Source: Candidatus Omnitrophota bacterium
GTDB lineage: Bacteria; Omnitrophota; Gorgyraeia; Gygaellales; Profunditerraquicolaceae
DNA: 64,000 nucleotides
Direction of reading: 5' to 3'
Assembly: GCA_041662125.1 (NCBI GenBank)
Contig: JBAZTA010000003.1
Coordinates: forward strand, 199,992 to 263,991
Shown: piece by piece, positions 50,288 to 59,829 of the stretch
Layout of the letters: each line of letters starts with the position of its first letter
Position numbering within the stretch: the stretch's first letter is position 1
Translations under genes and position numbers: made by a program
Notes under the pieces: generated by a model
Databases searched by the model: none
What the model was told of the DNA's origin: nothing
The model's input: only the letters and a program-made list of their open reading frames with translations

Positions 50288-51685
50288 TTAATACCGGCGC
50301 AACAATAGATTGAGTGCCCTTTTGAACTTTTTAGCTGCTTTGCTAACCAAATTATTGGCAAAACTCTTTACCTGATCACTTCCTTGAGGGACCAAATCCC
50401 AAAAATAAGAGGCAGTATAGGGGATCCTGATACCGCTACGATTGATCATTTTACGCCAACGGTTCAATACCTTCATGGAATGCTCTTGCGTATAATAATA
50501 TACTGAGCCGTTTTTCACCCATATCCGCTCGTCAAACTTATGATTTTTCACCAGGTCAGCGTGTATTTTAGTTCCGGGTAAAATGTAAAGCATAGACGCC
50601 CCCGGCCCGTGGGTAGAACGGATAAAGGTATTTAAATATTCAGTGGTCTCAGCGACAGTTATCTCTGATTCTCCCGGGGTACCGACACAGAAAAACGCGG
50701 AAGTCGTAAGTTTATCGGTAAAACCTGAGCATATATCAAATGCTTTTTTTACCTGCTCGCGGGTGATCTTCTTATGGATCTGATCAAGTATTGTCTCAGA
50801 GAGGCTTTCTGCTCCCCAGGTGATATGCCTGCAACCGGAATTCACCAGTGTCTCGATCATTTCTTCATTAACCGGAGTAACCCTGCATTGAATAGCATAT
50901 TCAATATTTAATTTCTTTAAAACACCCGCAATTTTTATCGTCCGTTCTATCCCCAAATTAAAGGTGTCATCATGAAAAAAGATCCTCTTTGCTCCCATAC
51001 GAACTGCGTTTTCGACTTCAGCGCCGATCCTTTCCGGTGAATTCATCCGGACATTTTGCCCCCAAAACGATGACGTCGAACAGAATGAACAATTCACCGG
51101 GCAGCCCCGGGAAGCGATCAAGAAGGCGATCTCTTTTTTTCTTATTTCATCTGCGGCATACGAATAATCCGGCATCGCCAGGTCATCAATATTCTTGACA
51201 ATATCTGTGACCGGATTTGCCTTGAATCTCCCCTCTGCCGTCTTATAGACCAAACCGCTGAGAGCGGTGAAATCAGCCGATTTTTCTAATGCTTGACAAA
51301 GTTTTACCAACGTAGTTTCACCTTCCGACTGGATGATAAAATCAATGTTTTCATAAAAGTGTTGAAACACTTGCCCAAACATCGTCGAGGGATGTACACC
51401 TCCTAAAACGACCTTGATGTTCCTGTGTATTCTTTTTATTTGTTTTATCAAACGATACGCGCCCCAGCGGTTAAAAGAATTAAACGAGATCCCGACGACG
51501 TCCGGATGATCGTTCTTTACCGTTTTCAAGAATGACCCTATACTCTGCTCAAACTCTCTCCCGTTATAATTAAACACGCGCACATCAAAATGTTTACCCA
51601 AAGAAGCAGCAAGATATCCTAAGCCCAGAGGATAGCCTTTTAAATTAAGCTCAGCACACGGTGGATAAACAAGGAAGATCTTCAT
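50288..51685 (-). CDS. cobalamin-binding radical SAM protein (class B)
   Basis: N-terminal B12-binding-like Rossmann region, then the CxxxCxxC cluster (CPVNCSFC). 465 aa. Confidence 0.85.
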   Translation of the reverse strand: MKIFLVYPPCAELNLKGYPLGLGYLAASLGKHFDVRVFNYNGREFEQSIGSFLKTVKNDHPDVVGISFNSFNRWGAYRLIKQIKRIHRNIKVVLGGVHPSTMFGQVFQHFYENIDFIIQSEGETTLVKLCQALEKSADFTALSGLVYKTAEGRFKANPVTDIVKNIDDLAMPDYSYAADEIRKKEIAFLIASRGCPVNCSFCSTSSFWGQNVRMNSPERIGAEVENAVRMGAKRIFFHDDTFNLGIERTIKIAGVLKKLNIEYAIQCRVTPVNEEMIETLVNSGCRHITWGAESLSETILDQIHKKITREQVKKAFDICSGFTDKLTTSAFFCVGTPGESEITVAETTEYLNTFIRSTHGPGASMLYILPGTKIHADLVKNHKFDERIWVKNGSVYYYTQEHSMKVLNRWRKMINRSGIRIPYTASYFWDLVPQGSDQVKSFANNLVSKAAKKFKRALNLLLRRY

Positions 51686-53775
51686 AGAATATCTTTCTGC
51701 CTTATTTTATATATCCTCGTCAAAGTATTACTGAAGACGAGCTGAAAACTATCAGGGTGTAAGGCCGCCCACTGATCTTCTATCGGGAATACGGAAGGAT
51801 CTTCAACCTCCCTGTTTTCAAAACAAGGCAGCACCGTATAAAGGTAATCGATCCTTTGTGAAAGTAGGTTGCGCCTCCAGGCGGCGTAATCCTTTCTCTG
51901 CCGACAGAAACCATCAGGATCATTATACGGGGTAATGACTTTTTCATTGACCGAAACATACAGTACCTTGTTTTTAAACTTACTGCCAAAAAGCGGATAA
52001 AACTCCGAACGGCCGGCGTAGGCGATAGTAACCCCCCGCCCGGTATGCTCATTAAGCCATTTCCAGCTTTTTCCCGTATCGATCTGCCAAGCCTCTTTCT
52101 TACTAAAAGTCAGCGGATATCGAATAAATTCTTCCCGGTCATATTTCGCATTCAAAAAAACAAAAACCAGCGCGACCAGACTAAATCCCGCTGCCAAAAC
52201 CGCAACAAAAGCCTTGCTTTTGTAAAAATCTGCGGACTGCTTCTTATAAAGCAGAAGCAGCGCAAAAAGCAGAAGTGTTAATAAGATAGACGAAACTAAT
52301 TCATACCCCTTAGCTAATTCAAAGATTGCAGCAGTAATTGATATACATGAAACAAAATTCAAATACCCGGATCCACCGGGTAAAGCGGTTACAAAGATAA
52401 CCGCAGCCACTAACCCTACCGTCAAATACGGGAAAATATACCTCACCCATGATATATTAATAAAGGCACCGTATAAAACTATCATCAGTAACGGAGTAAG
52501 AAACAATAGTATATATTCAGTAAACGGCTGCTTAAGCCTTGTTTTCATGTATCTGAAAAGCATAAGCGGGGCAACAGTGCAGGGAAGGATTAATAATAAG
52601 AATTGTAACCCCAACCCTTCCCGAAAAATAATTTTCATAATATCTATCTGATCGCCGCGGGCTATTTGATCCTTATATCCGGCGTTATCAAGTAAGCCAT
52701 TAAAAAGTGTTTTACCGAAAATCTTCACCGAAACAGGGAATAAAGGATTTCCCGTATACATATAATTCTTTATATAGACGTACCCGCCCAAAGCAATGAT
52801 CATACTCATTACCGCTGCACAGATAGCCAGCCCGCGGCAAAAAGAAAGTTTATTTTGACGGGCTGCCGAAAACAAAACATATGATATAAAAGGAATAAAA
52901 GCAATAAGCCAAACAAAATTGATGATCTTCGTGCCGATAAAAAGCCCAAGCGCTATCCCAAAGAGTAGCGCATGCTTAACACTCAATTCTTTCTTAAGCA
53001 GTAAAAGCGTGTAAAAAACCATCAAAAGCAGCGCTGCGCAAATAACGTCTATCAATGACCCGGTCCGCAGCTGCTTTAAAATATTAGGGATAAGCGCCCA
53101 GGTGAAACCTAATAACAAAGCCTTTGTTCTTTCAATCCCGTACCGCTTTAGAATCGCATATATGGCTAAGATACCGATGATATAAAATGGCGCCTCTCCG
53201 ATATCTGCCAAAAATCCGTTGCGTAAAGGCAGCATAAGCCAGGTATAGAACAATTGCGCATTGATCGGGTAATATGAAAGAGACCCTGTCTCCAAAGACC
53301 CGGGATTTACAATAGGGCTTGCTCCAAAAACAAAGAACGGGCTATTTAAATTACCTTGCGTGATCCAGGCGGCAGGAAAAGCAAGATGAAATTGCAGGCT
53401 ATCAGGGCTTAAAGGCGGGTTGAGCAAATTGATAAAGATTTTAACCGCGTAAAACGCCGCAAAAACACTAAAACCGTAAAGCAGGATATTGCTTTTCAAA
53501 AAAGGTTCAAGATCCGGTTTTACCAGTACCTCTTTCTTCTTTCTGAAGTACAGTATTAAAATAAGCAGGAAAAATACCCCATGAACCGCAAAAACATGGC
53601 CAAAATAAAGTTTGCCTGTAATTCCGCACAAAAGTTCTACCAAAACAACTTGCGCAAACCCAAGCATAAAACAGATAATAACCGATTCGCTTAAACCCTG
53701 TATGCCAAAGAATTCACGGGTAAGAAGCCATGAGCTTAAAACCACCATCAAAAACTCCACATATAAGATTATCAT
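51682..53775 (-). CDS. large polytopic membrane protein, putative GT-C-type glycosyltransferase or glycan polymerase
   Basis: 697 aa with at least 12 TM segments across the first about 550 aa, then a soluble about 150-aa C-terminal domain. It is embedded between glycan-synthesis genes. The family call is weak. Confidence 0.45.
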   Translation of the reverse strand: MIILYVEFLMVVLSSWLLTREFFGIQGLSESVIICFMLGFAQVVLVELLCGITGKLYFGHVFAVHGVFFLLILILYFRKKKEVLVKPDLEPFLKSNILLYGFSVFAAFYAVKIFINLLNPPLSPDSLQFHLAFPAAWITQGNLNSPFFVFGASPIVNPGSLETGSLSYYPINAQLFYTWLMLPLRNGFLADIGEAPFYIIGILAIYAILKRYGIERTKALLLGFTWALIPNILKQLRTGSLIDVICAALLLMVFYTLLLLKKELSVKHALLFGIALGLFIGTKIINFVWLIAFIPFISYVLFSAARQNKLSFCRGLAICAAVMSMIIALGGYVYIKNYMYTGNPLFPVSVKIFGKTLFNGLLDNAGYKDQIARGDQIDIMKIIFREGLGLQFLLLILPCTVAPLMLFRYMKTRLKQPFTEYILLFLTPLLMIVLYGAFINISWVRYIFPYLTVGLVAAVIFVTALPGGSGYLNFVSCISITAAIFELAKGYELVSSILLTLLLFALLLLYKKQSADFYKSKAFVAVLAAGFSLVALVFVFLNAKYDREEFIRYPLTFSKKEAWQIDTGKSWKWLNEHTGRGVTIAYAGRSEFYPLFGSKFKNKVLYVSVNEKVITPYNDPDGFCRQRKDYAAWRRNLLSQRIDYLYTVLPCFENREVEDPSVFPIEDQWAALHPDSFQLVFSNTLTRIYKIRQKDIL

Positions 53776-55355
53776 GCGGAAGTCCTTTCTTGGCCATTAA
53801 AATACATTGACTTTAAAGCGCGTAAGGTAAACATCCATTCTTTCCAACGTTTATACACTATGATGCGCAGCATCTTCCAAGCAGTTTTTGCTGAAGCAAA
53901 AAAACTATGTGAAAACTTTGATTCTCCCATAATGCGCGCGTGGTAGGGAACCGGGACTTCAATTACTCTTTGCCAAGTATTGAGCAGTTCAATGATCATT
54001 TCTGGAGAAAACTCCGGGCCATAACCTTCCAAACGATGAGCGATTTTTTGATACGATTCCTTCCACACGCAGCGGAACGTGCATCCTACATCGGTAAACC
54101 GTGAACGGCGGTTCCACCAGAGTAACGTAATGATCGAGCCAAAAAGCATATTCCCAAAACGCTGAGCAAAAGGCATATTTGCGCCATACTCAACATACTG
54201 CCAATAGGTCCTGGTGCCAATCACCGCGTCCGCGTTTTTTAAATACATGAGCAACTTTTCTGCGTCTTCACCGCGGAATGTGCCATCAGCCTCGGTAATG
54301 ATCATAATATCGGCCCCCGATCGCTCCATGCCTTTTTTTATGGCGTCGCCATACCCGAAAAGCTTTTCAGAATAGACTAAAGCGCCTGCCGCGCGGGCGA
54401 TCCCCGCGGTACCATCAGCTGAATTGTTATCCATAACGATCACCTGCCTGCACACAGGGAGAAAATCCTTGACTACATAGGCGATTGACTCTGCTTCATT
54501 CCAGGCAGGAATAATAACATCAATTGAAAATGTATCCCAGCGGCTTTCTCTCAAGAACCTTTTCAGCTTAAACACATCGCTGCGGGTATTGATATTGACG
54601 TAGCCGCCTTTAAACTCAAATCCCCGTAAGGGCCCTGCCCCCTGTTGAGCCACACTATTCAAAAGTTCAATAAAATTAATACCGCTCTTTTCATCTAATT
54701 TCTTTTTGGCTAATTCAGCAAGCTCTCGTTTTCCAGCGATCAGGCCTAAGCCAAAATACGCTGAAGTTATTTTTTTTGGTTTTTCCCTGACTTCTTTAAC
54801 CAGCGCCCCTTCCTGCAAATCAACAGAATAATTTTTAAAGTACTCATCGGGAAAGAGATATTTCTTAACTGCGCAACAAGCGGAAAAATCAGGGCATCGC
54901 TTTACAAACTCAGCAAATAGCCCATGGTCAATTCCCTCATAATATTCATCTCCTAAAACAGAAATAAAAACTTCAGATGGTTCAAGATACGGCAGGAGCG
55001 CTGCATACCCTGCCAGCAACCCCTTTGACACATTTTCCTGGGCGATTTCGATAAACTCAAGTTTACATTTTAAGGCTGTTATTTTACTGACACATTCCCG
55101 AATCACAGCATTTTTCTTACTGATAAGGACATACAGTTTATCCAGGTCAAAGGCAGCATCAAGCAACCTGATATTCCTGGCGATCAGAGGCTCTGAATCA
55201 ATAACAAGCATAGACTTAGGGATTATCCTGCTGTAGGAACGAAACCTCATCCCTTTACCGGCGGCCATGACAAAAGCTTTTTTGATCTTTCGCAGGCCGG
55301 GCGCTGGCGGATTATTTAAAGAATCCGATGATTTTTTGAAAGATGATTCTCGCAT
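53772..55355 (-). CDS. bifunctional sugar-phosphate nucleotidyltransferase / GT2 polyprenyl-phosphate glycosyltransferase (fusion)
   Basis: The N-terminal half has the NTP-transferase G-rich loop (VMAAGKGMRFRS...IPKSMLVID). The C-terminal half is a DPM1-like GT2 (IDVIIPAWNEAESI...VIVMDNNSADGT...ITEADGTF). The first ATG overlaps the upstream gene by 44 nt, so the true start may be further in. Confidence 0.7.
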   Translation of the reverse strand: MRESSFKKSSDSLNNPPAPGLRKIKKAFVMAAGKGMRFRSYSRIIPKSMLVIDSEPLIARNIRLLDAAFDLDKLYVLISKKNAVIRECVSKITALKCKLEFIEIAQENVSKGLLAGYAALLPYLEPSEVFISVLGDEYYEGIDHGLFAEFVKRCPDFSACCAVKKYLFPDEYFKNYSVDLQEGALVKEVREKPKKITSAYFGLGLIAGKRELAELAKKKLDEKSGINFIELLNSVAQQGAGPLRGFEFKGGYVNINTRSDVFKLKRFLRESRWDTFSIDVIIPAWNEAESIAYVVKDFLPVCRQVIVMDNNSADGTAGIARAAGALVYSEKLFGYGDAIKKGMERSGADIMIITEADGTFRGEDAEKLLMYLKNADAVIGTRTYWQYVEYGANMPFAQRFGNMLFGSIITLLWWNRRSRFTDVGCTFRCVWKESYQKIAHRLEGYGPEFSPEMIIELLNTWQRVIEVPVPYHARIMGESKFSHSFFASAKTAWKMLRIIVYKRWKEWMFTLRALKSMYFNGQERTSA

Positions 55356-56712
55356 GGGACAATGACCTTATATTCTTTAAGTTATGAAAGATTATACGCG
55401 GCCGCAGAGTAAACCGCAAAAAGATCTTTCTGTACCAATAATGAAGCCTGCGTTCAGAAACCCCTGGCGGAACATAGGTAAAACTATTGTAATTTTGTTT
55501 TGTCGGGTCGATCTCTTCAACGCGTATCTCTTTGCGAGCAAGCAAAGCATCGCTTACCGGCGTGCCAAGCATAGGAATAAACCGCGTCAAACTAATGCGC
55601 ACCAACGGCAGAGCAAGCAGGAACGCAAGTGTCTTACGCAGTGTCTCTTCGGTTTCCAAGGGATACCCGACCATGACAAACCCGACCACCTGGATCCCTT
55701 GTTCATGAATAAGATTCACCTTTTCAACTACGGTTTCCAAAGCCAGATTTTTCCCCATATCCTTGAGAATGCCCGGGTCACCCGACTCAATACCGACAGC
55801 AACCTCATAACATCCTGACTGCTTCATAGTTGCCAGCAATTTCTTGTTGAGCGTATCTAACCGTAAGCCGTTTGGACAAGTCCACAGCAGGTCACACCGC
55901 CGCTCAATAAGTTTCTCAGCGAATTCCAACGCTGCTTCCGGTGGAAAAGTAAAATTATCATCTATTACCTGAAACTCCCGCAGCCCATAGGCATGCTTTA
56001 AATACTCCAGCTCATTGACCACCGATTCCGTGCTTCTGCGGCGAACCTTATAACCGGTAATATTCCTGCTGCCGCAAAACGAACATCGAAACGGGCACCC
56101 CCGCGATATCATGATAGGCAGCGCCGGCAGCCTGCGATAAAAGAAACCATGCACTGCGTTTTTATACAATCCGGGGTTTAATGCATCCCATGCAGGAGCG
56201 CCAATACTATCCAGGTCTTGCACATATTCATGAGGTGCCAGACAAACTTTACCTGCATCCTTCCAGGCCAGATTTGGCACCTTTTCCAAAAGAGCAGGGT
56301 CAATACCTGCGGGCTTAAGTATTTTTAAAAGCTTCTCCAGGGCAAACTCGCCTTCACCCACCGCCAGATAATCAACTTCTTTAAGAAAATCAAAGACAAA
56401 TTCGGGGTTAGATGATGGCGCAGGGCCGCCTACAATGATCGGGACTTGCGGAACAAGCTTTCGGATAACCTGAACATACTCATTAACTTCCTTCAAGTCC
56501 ATATCGTAGGCCTGAAGCCCGATCAGCCGGTACTTTTCCAAAGAACAATTATTTGACAACTCAGCAGGAGGAATATTTTCAACATTAGCGTCAAGGATCT
56601 GCACCTTAAAACCATTCGCTTGTAAATAAGCGGCGATGAATCCCAGGCCTAAAGAAGGGGTATATTGCAGGCTGTATTTACTCAGCGGTTTAATTAATAA
56701 TAGATCGATCAT
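55312..56712 (-). CDS. cobalamin-binding radical SAM protein (class B)
   Basis: B12-binding-like N-terminus, then CPFRCSFC (CxxxCxxC). 466 aa. It is paralogous to 50288..51685 in architecture. Confidence 0.85.
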   Translation of the reverse strand: MIDLLLIKPLSKYSLQYTPSLGLGFIAAYLQANGFKVQILDANVENIPPAELSNNCSLEKYRLIGLQAYDMDLKEVNEYVQVIRKLVPQVPIIVGGPAPSSNPEFVFDFLKEVDYLAVGEGEFALEKLLKILKPAGIDPALLEKVPNLAWKDAGKVCLAPHEYVQDLDSIGAPAWDALNPGLYKNAVHGFFYRRLPALPIMISRGCPFRCSFCGSRNITGYKVRRRSTESVVNELEYLKHAYGLREFQVIDDNFTFPPEAALEFAEKLIERRCDLLWTCPNGLRLDTLNKKLLATMKQSGCYEVAVGIESGDPGILKDMGKNLALETVVEKVNLIHEQGIQVVGFVMVGYPLETEETLRKTLAFLLALPLVRISLTRFIPMLGTPVSDALLARKEIRVEEIDPTKQNYNSFTYVPPGVSERRLHYWYRKIFLRFTLRPRIIFHNLKNIRSLSHARIIFQKIIGFFK

Positions 56713-57980
56713 TCCTCGATCCTCATTACCGCAATAGTCAACCCCAGCATATACCAGAACAAAACCACCAGTTGGAGCGCATACAGATTGGTATCAAAGA
56801 AACTTTGTACTAAAAATGCAATAATACCTGATACCATCCCTAAGGATAGGTAACTGTTTTTCTTACTCACATGGCCAAACCCCGCGATTAAAAAACTTAT
56901 CAGAAGCCACAAGAACATGATCAACCCCAGAAAACCGGTTTCAGCGGTCATCTGCAAGAACGAATTATGAGGATACATACTTCCTCCTTCAAAACTCGGG
57001 TATTTCTTTACAAAAAAAGAATATGTGTTTAAGCCGCTTCCCGTTAACGGAAAATCCCTGATCACCCACAAAGCTTGATTCCAAAGTTTCAAACGGTGGA
57101 CATTCGATGCGTAATGAATATCAGCCATAGACTTCAGGCGCTCAGTGATCGTATGGCCTGCCTTAAAATCTATGTTACCGACAACTCTAACTTTAGTTTT
57201 CACTGACTGCGGTAAAATTAAGGCGCAGGCTACCATACTTATCAAAACGCTCACCAAAATAATTTTAGACCTCAGGCGGTTATGCTTCATCACGACCGCA
57301 AGAAAGATCAGTCCTCCAAACAAAAGCCCTATCCAGCCTCCTCGAGAAAATGTTATTAATAAACAGCTCAGAAGAAAGAGCGTTACCGCTCCTGTAAAAA
57401 ACTTTATTTTTCTGTTAAACATATTTTTCGCCAAAACGACCCCTGAAAACAGAAAGATCATCATAATAAGCCATCCCGCGAAATCATTAGTAGAAGGAAA
57501 GCTGGCGCGCAGCTGAGACCACTCATAACCGCGCAAGAAATCTTTTCCATAAAAATACTGAGTGCCTGCGTCAGCGACCATAATGGCCGCCATCATTATT
57601 GCAATGGCTAAGAGCCTCTGGAGGCGTTTATAACTATTGATTACTTCAACTACCATAAAATAAACCGCGATAAATTTTAATTCTTTACCTAAAAGGCCTC
57701 TCACAGACAAAACAGAATTAACCGTATAGATCGTAGATAACACCTTTGCAATGGTCAAGAAAACTATTGTCCTGTTTAACACTGTCCGGGGAAACAATTT
57801 TTTCCAGGAATCTTTATCTTGATAACCCCAGGCCTTTTTCATGAACCAAAAAAACATCCCTGCCCAGGCACAGGTTTCTACACCTCCGGAGGAAACCGGC
57901 AGCCACGCCATTAATAAATACACGCACACCAACAGTGCGCGGTCACAAAAAAGGACAATTCTTTCTTTCGCTATAGCCAT
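56709..57980 (-). CDS. O-antigen ligase/polymerase family membrane protein (WaaL/Wzy_C-like)
   Basis: 423 aa, polytopic, with the ITFSRGGWIGLLFGG loop typical of Wzy_C. Confidence 0.7.
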   Translation of the reverse strand: MAIAKERIVLFCDRALLVCVYLLMAWLPVSSGGVETCAWAGMFFWFMKKAWGYQDKDSWKKLFPRTVLNRTIVFLTIAKVLSTIYTVNSVLSVRGLLGKELKFIAVYFMVVEVINSYKRLQRLLAIAIMMAAIMVADAGTQYFYGKDFLRGYEWSQLRASFPSTNDFAGWLIMMIFLFSGVVLAKNMFNRKIKFFTGAVTLFLLSCLLITFSRGGWIGLLFGGLIFLAVVMKHNRLRSKIILVSVLISMVACALILPQSVKTKVRVVGNIDFKAGHTITERLKSMADIHYASNVHRLKLWNQALWVIRDFPLTGSGLNTYSFFVKKYPSFEGGSMYPHNSFLQMTAETGFLGLIMFLWLLISFLIAGFGHVSKKNSYLSLGMVSGIIAFLVQSFFDTNLYALQLVVLFWYMLGLTIAVMRIEE

Positions 57981-57981
57981 A

Positions 57982-59823
57982 TTATAGGGTCACATCATTC
58001 GCAGGCTTATACATAGACACTAGTTCAGAAATAAGCTGCATGGTTTTCTTAACATCAGAAACTTTTATACAACGCTCCATCTCTTTAATCTTCTTGCGCA
58101 ATTTAGCGGGGTTATAATCAGAAGATTTCGTTATATATATCTTATTGTGCTTGGTTACGGTGTCACTCTCGGTATTCAAGAGCATTTCTTCATAGAGTTT
58201 TTCACCGGGGCGCATACCGATGAATTGTATGGGGACATCGCTGCCGGAGAGCGCGATCAAATTCTTGGCCAGATCACATATCTTGATCTGCTCGCCCATA
58301 TCGAGAATGAATATTTCTCCGCCTTTCCCTAAGGCGCCAGCCTGTAAGACCAGCGACGCAGCTTCAGAGATACTCATAAAATATCTTTTTACTTCAGGGT
58401 CAGTTACCGTCACCGGCCCGCCTTCTTCAATTTGTTTTTTAAAAAGCGGAACAACACTCCCGTCAGAACCGATCACATTGCCAAACCTGACTGCCATGAA
58501 TTTAGTCTTGCTTTTTTTTGATTTTGCCTGCAGGAGCATTTCCGCGATCCTTTTGGTAGCGCCCATGACACTGGTCGGATTAACTGCTTTATCAGTCGAT
58601 ATCAAAACAAACCGGTCAATATGATAATGCGCCGCGGCATAAATAAGATTCCGGGTGCCGATAACATTATTCTTAACAGCCGCAAGGGGATTACGTTCCA
58701 TAAGCGGAACATGTTTATGGGCCGCCGCGTGAAAGACCACATGCGGCCGGTAGAGCGAAAATACCTGCTTTAATAATCCGACATCACGGATATTGCCAAT
58801 AACGGTATTGAACTTAATATGGGGGTATTTGACTTTAAATTCAACTTCCAGATAATACACTCCGTTCTCATTATGGTCCAAAAGGATTATTTTCTCGGGA
58901 GAAAAGTTAATGATCTGCCTGCAAAGCTCAGAACCAATAGACCCTCCTGCGCCGGTAACCAGGACCCGTTTATTTTTAATATATGATTCAACATCGCGTT
59001 TGTCTATGTGTACTACTTCTCGGCCTAAAAGGTCATCCGGACGGACTTGACGCGGTTTGATTTCAAGTTCTCCATTCAAGATCTTATGGAGGCCGGGGAC
59101 GATCTTGATCCTGACATTCGGTATCTGGCAATAAGAAAGAATAGTGCGTATATCATGGCCCTTAGCCGAAGGAATCGCAAGTATGACCTCTTCGACATCG
59201 TATTGGTTCACCAAATCCGGTATATTGTCTCTCCCTCCCAAAATACGAACACCGTCAATAGTAGTATTATGCTTTACGCGGTCATCGTCAATAAAACCGA
59301 CTACTTCGCCTGAGTTCGGATTATGCCGGTATTCTTTTAAGGTCAAAATCCCTGCCTGCCCGGCTCCCACGATCAAGATCTTCTTGCGTTTAACCGGTAA
59401 ATCCAGCTTATAGCGTTCCCGCACCAGCCGGTTAAGAAACCGGATCCCGGCAATCAAGAAAGTGCAGACGATGAAGTCAAGAATAAAAACCGACCGGGGG
59501 AAACCCTGCAACCCAAAGATGAATATTTCGGCGGTCATGAAAAGCAATGTCGCCATGGAGTTTGCTTTTAATATCTGCCACAAATCATTCATCGACACGT
59601 ACCGCCATAACCCCTGATATAACCCGAAAAAGTAAAAAACAACCAGCTTTATGGCGATCAAAAAAGGCAGCGTCTTAAAAAACATCGGCGCATAGGCTAC
59701 GGGAAAAGAAAAATCAAAACGCAGGAAGAATGCAAGATAATACGAGATGAACACCAAGCAAAGCTGCAATACAACAACCAAAGGCCTGCGGTAGGGTGAG
59801 ATTATTTCGATCAATGTACTCAT
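57982..59823 (-). CDS. polysaccharide biosynthesis protein CapD/WbpM/PglF-like (membrane-anchored UDP-sugar 4,6-dehydratase)
   Basis: N-terminal 4 TM segments, then two Rossmann regions (ILIVGAGQAG and VLVTGAGGSIGSEL) and the SDR catalytic core. 613 aa. Confidence 0.9.
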   Translation of the reverse strand: MSTLIEIISPYRRPLVVVLQLCLVFISYYLAFFLRFDFSFPVAYAPMFFKTLPFLIAIKLVVFYFFGLYQGLWRYVSMNDLWQILKANSMATLLFMTAEIFIFGLQGFPRSVFILDFIVCTFLIAGIRFLNRLVRERYKLDLPVKRKKILIVGAGQAGILTLKEYRHNPNSGEVVGFIDDDRVKHNTTIDGVRILGGRDNIPDLVNQYDVEEVILAIPSAKGHDIRTILSYCQIPNVRIKIVPGLHKILNGELEIKPRQVRPDDLLGREVVHIDKRDVESYIKNKRVLVTGAGGSIGSELCRQIINFSPEKIILLDHNENGVYYLEVEFKVKYPHIKFNTVIGNIRDVGLLKQVFSLYRPHVVFHAAAHKHVPLMERNPLAAVKNNVIGTRNLIYAAAHYHIDRFVLISTDKAVNPTSVMGATKRIAEMLLQAKSKKSKTKFMAVRFGNVIGSDGSVVPLFKKQIEEGGPVTVTDPEVKRYFMSISEAASLVLQAGALGKGGEIFILDMGEQIKICDLAKNLIALSGSDVPIQFIGMRPGEKLYEEMLLNTESDTVTKHNKIYITKSSDYNPAKLRKKIKEMERCIKVSDVKKTMQLISELVSMYKPANDVTL

Positions 59824-59829
59824 AAAAGA

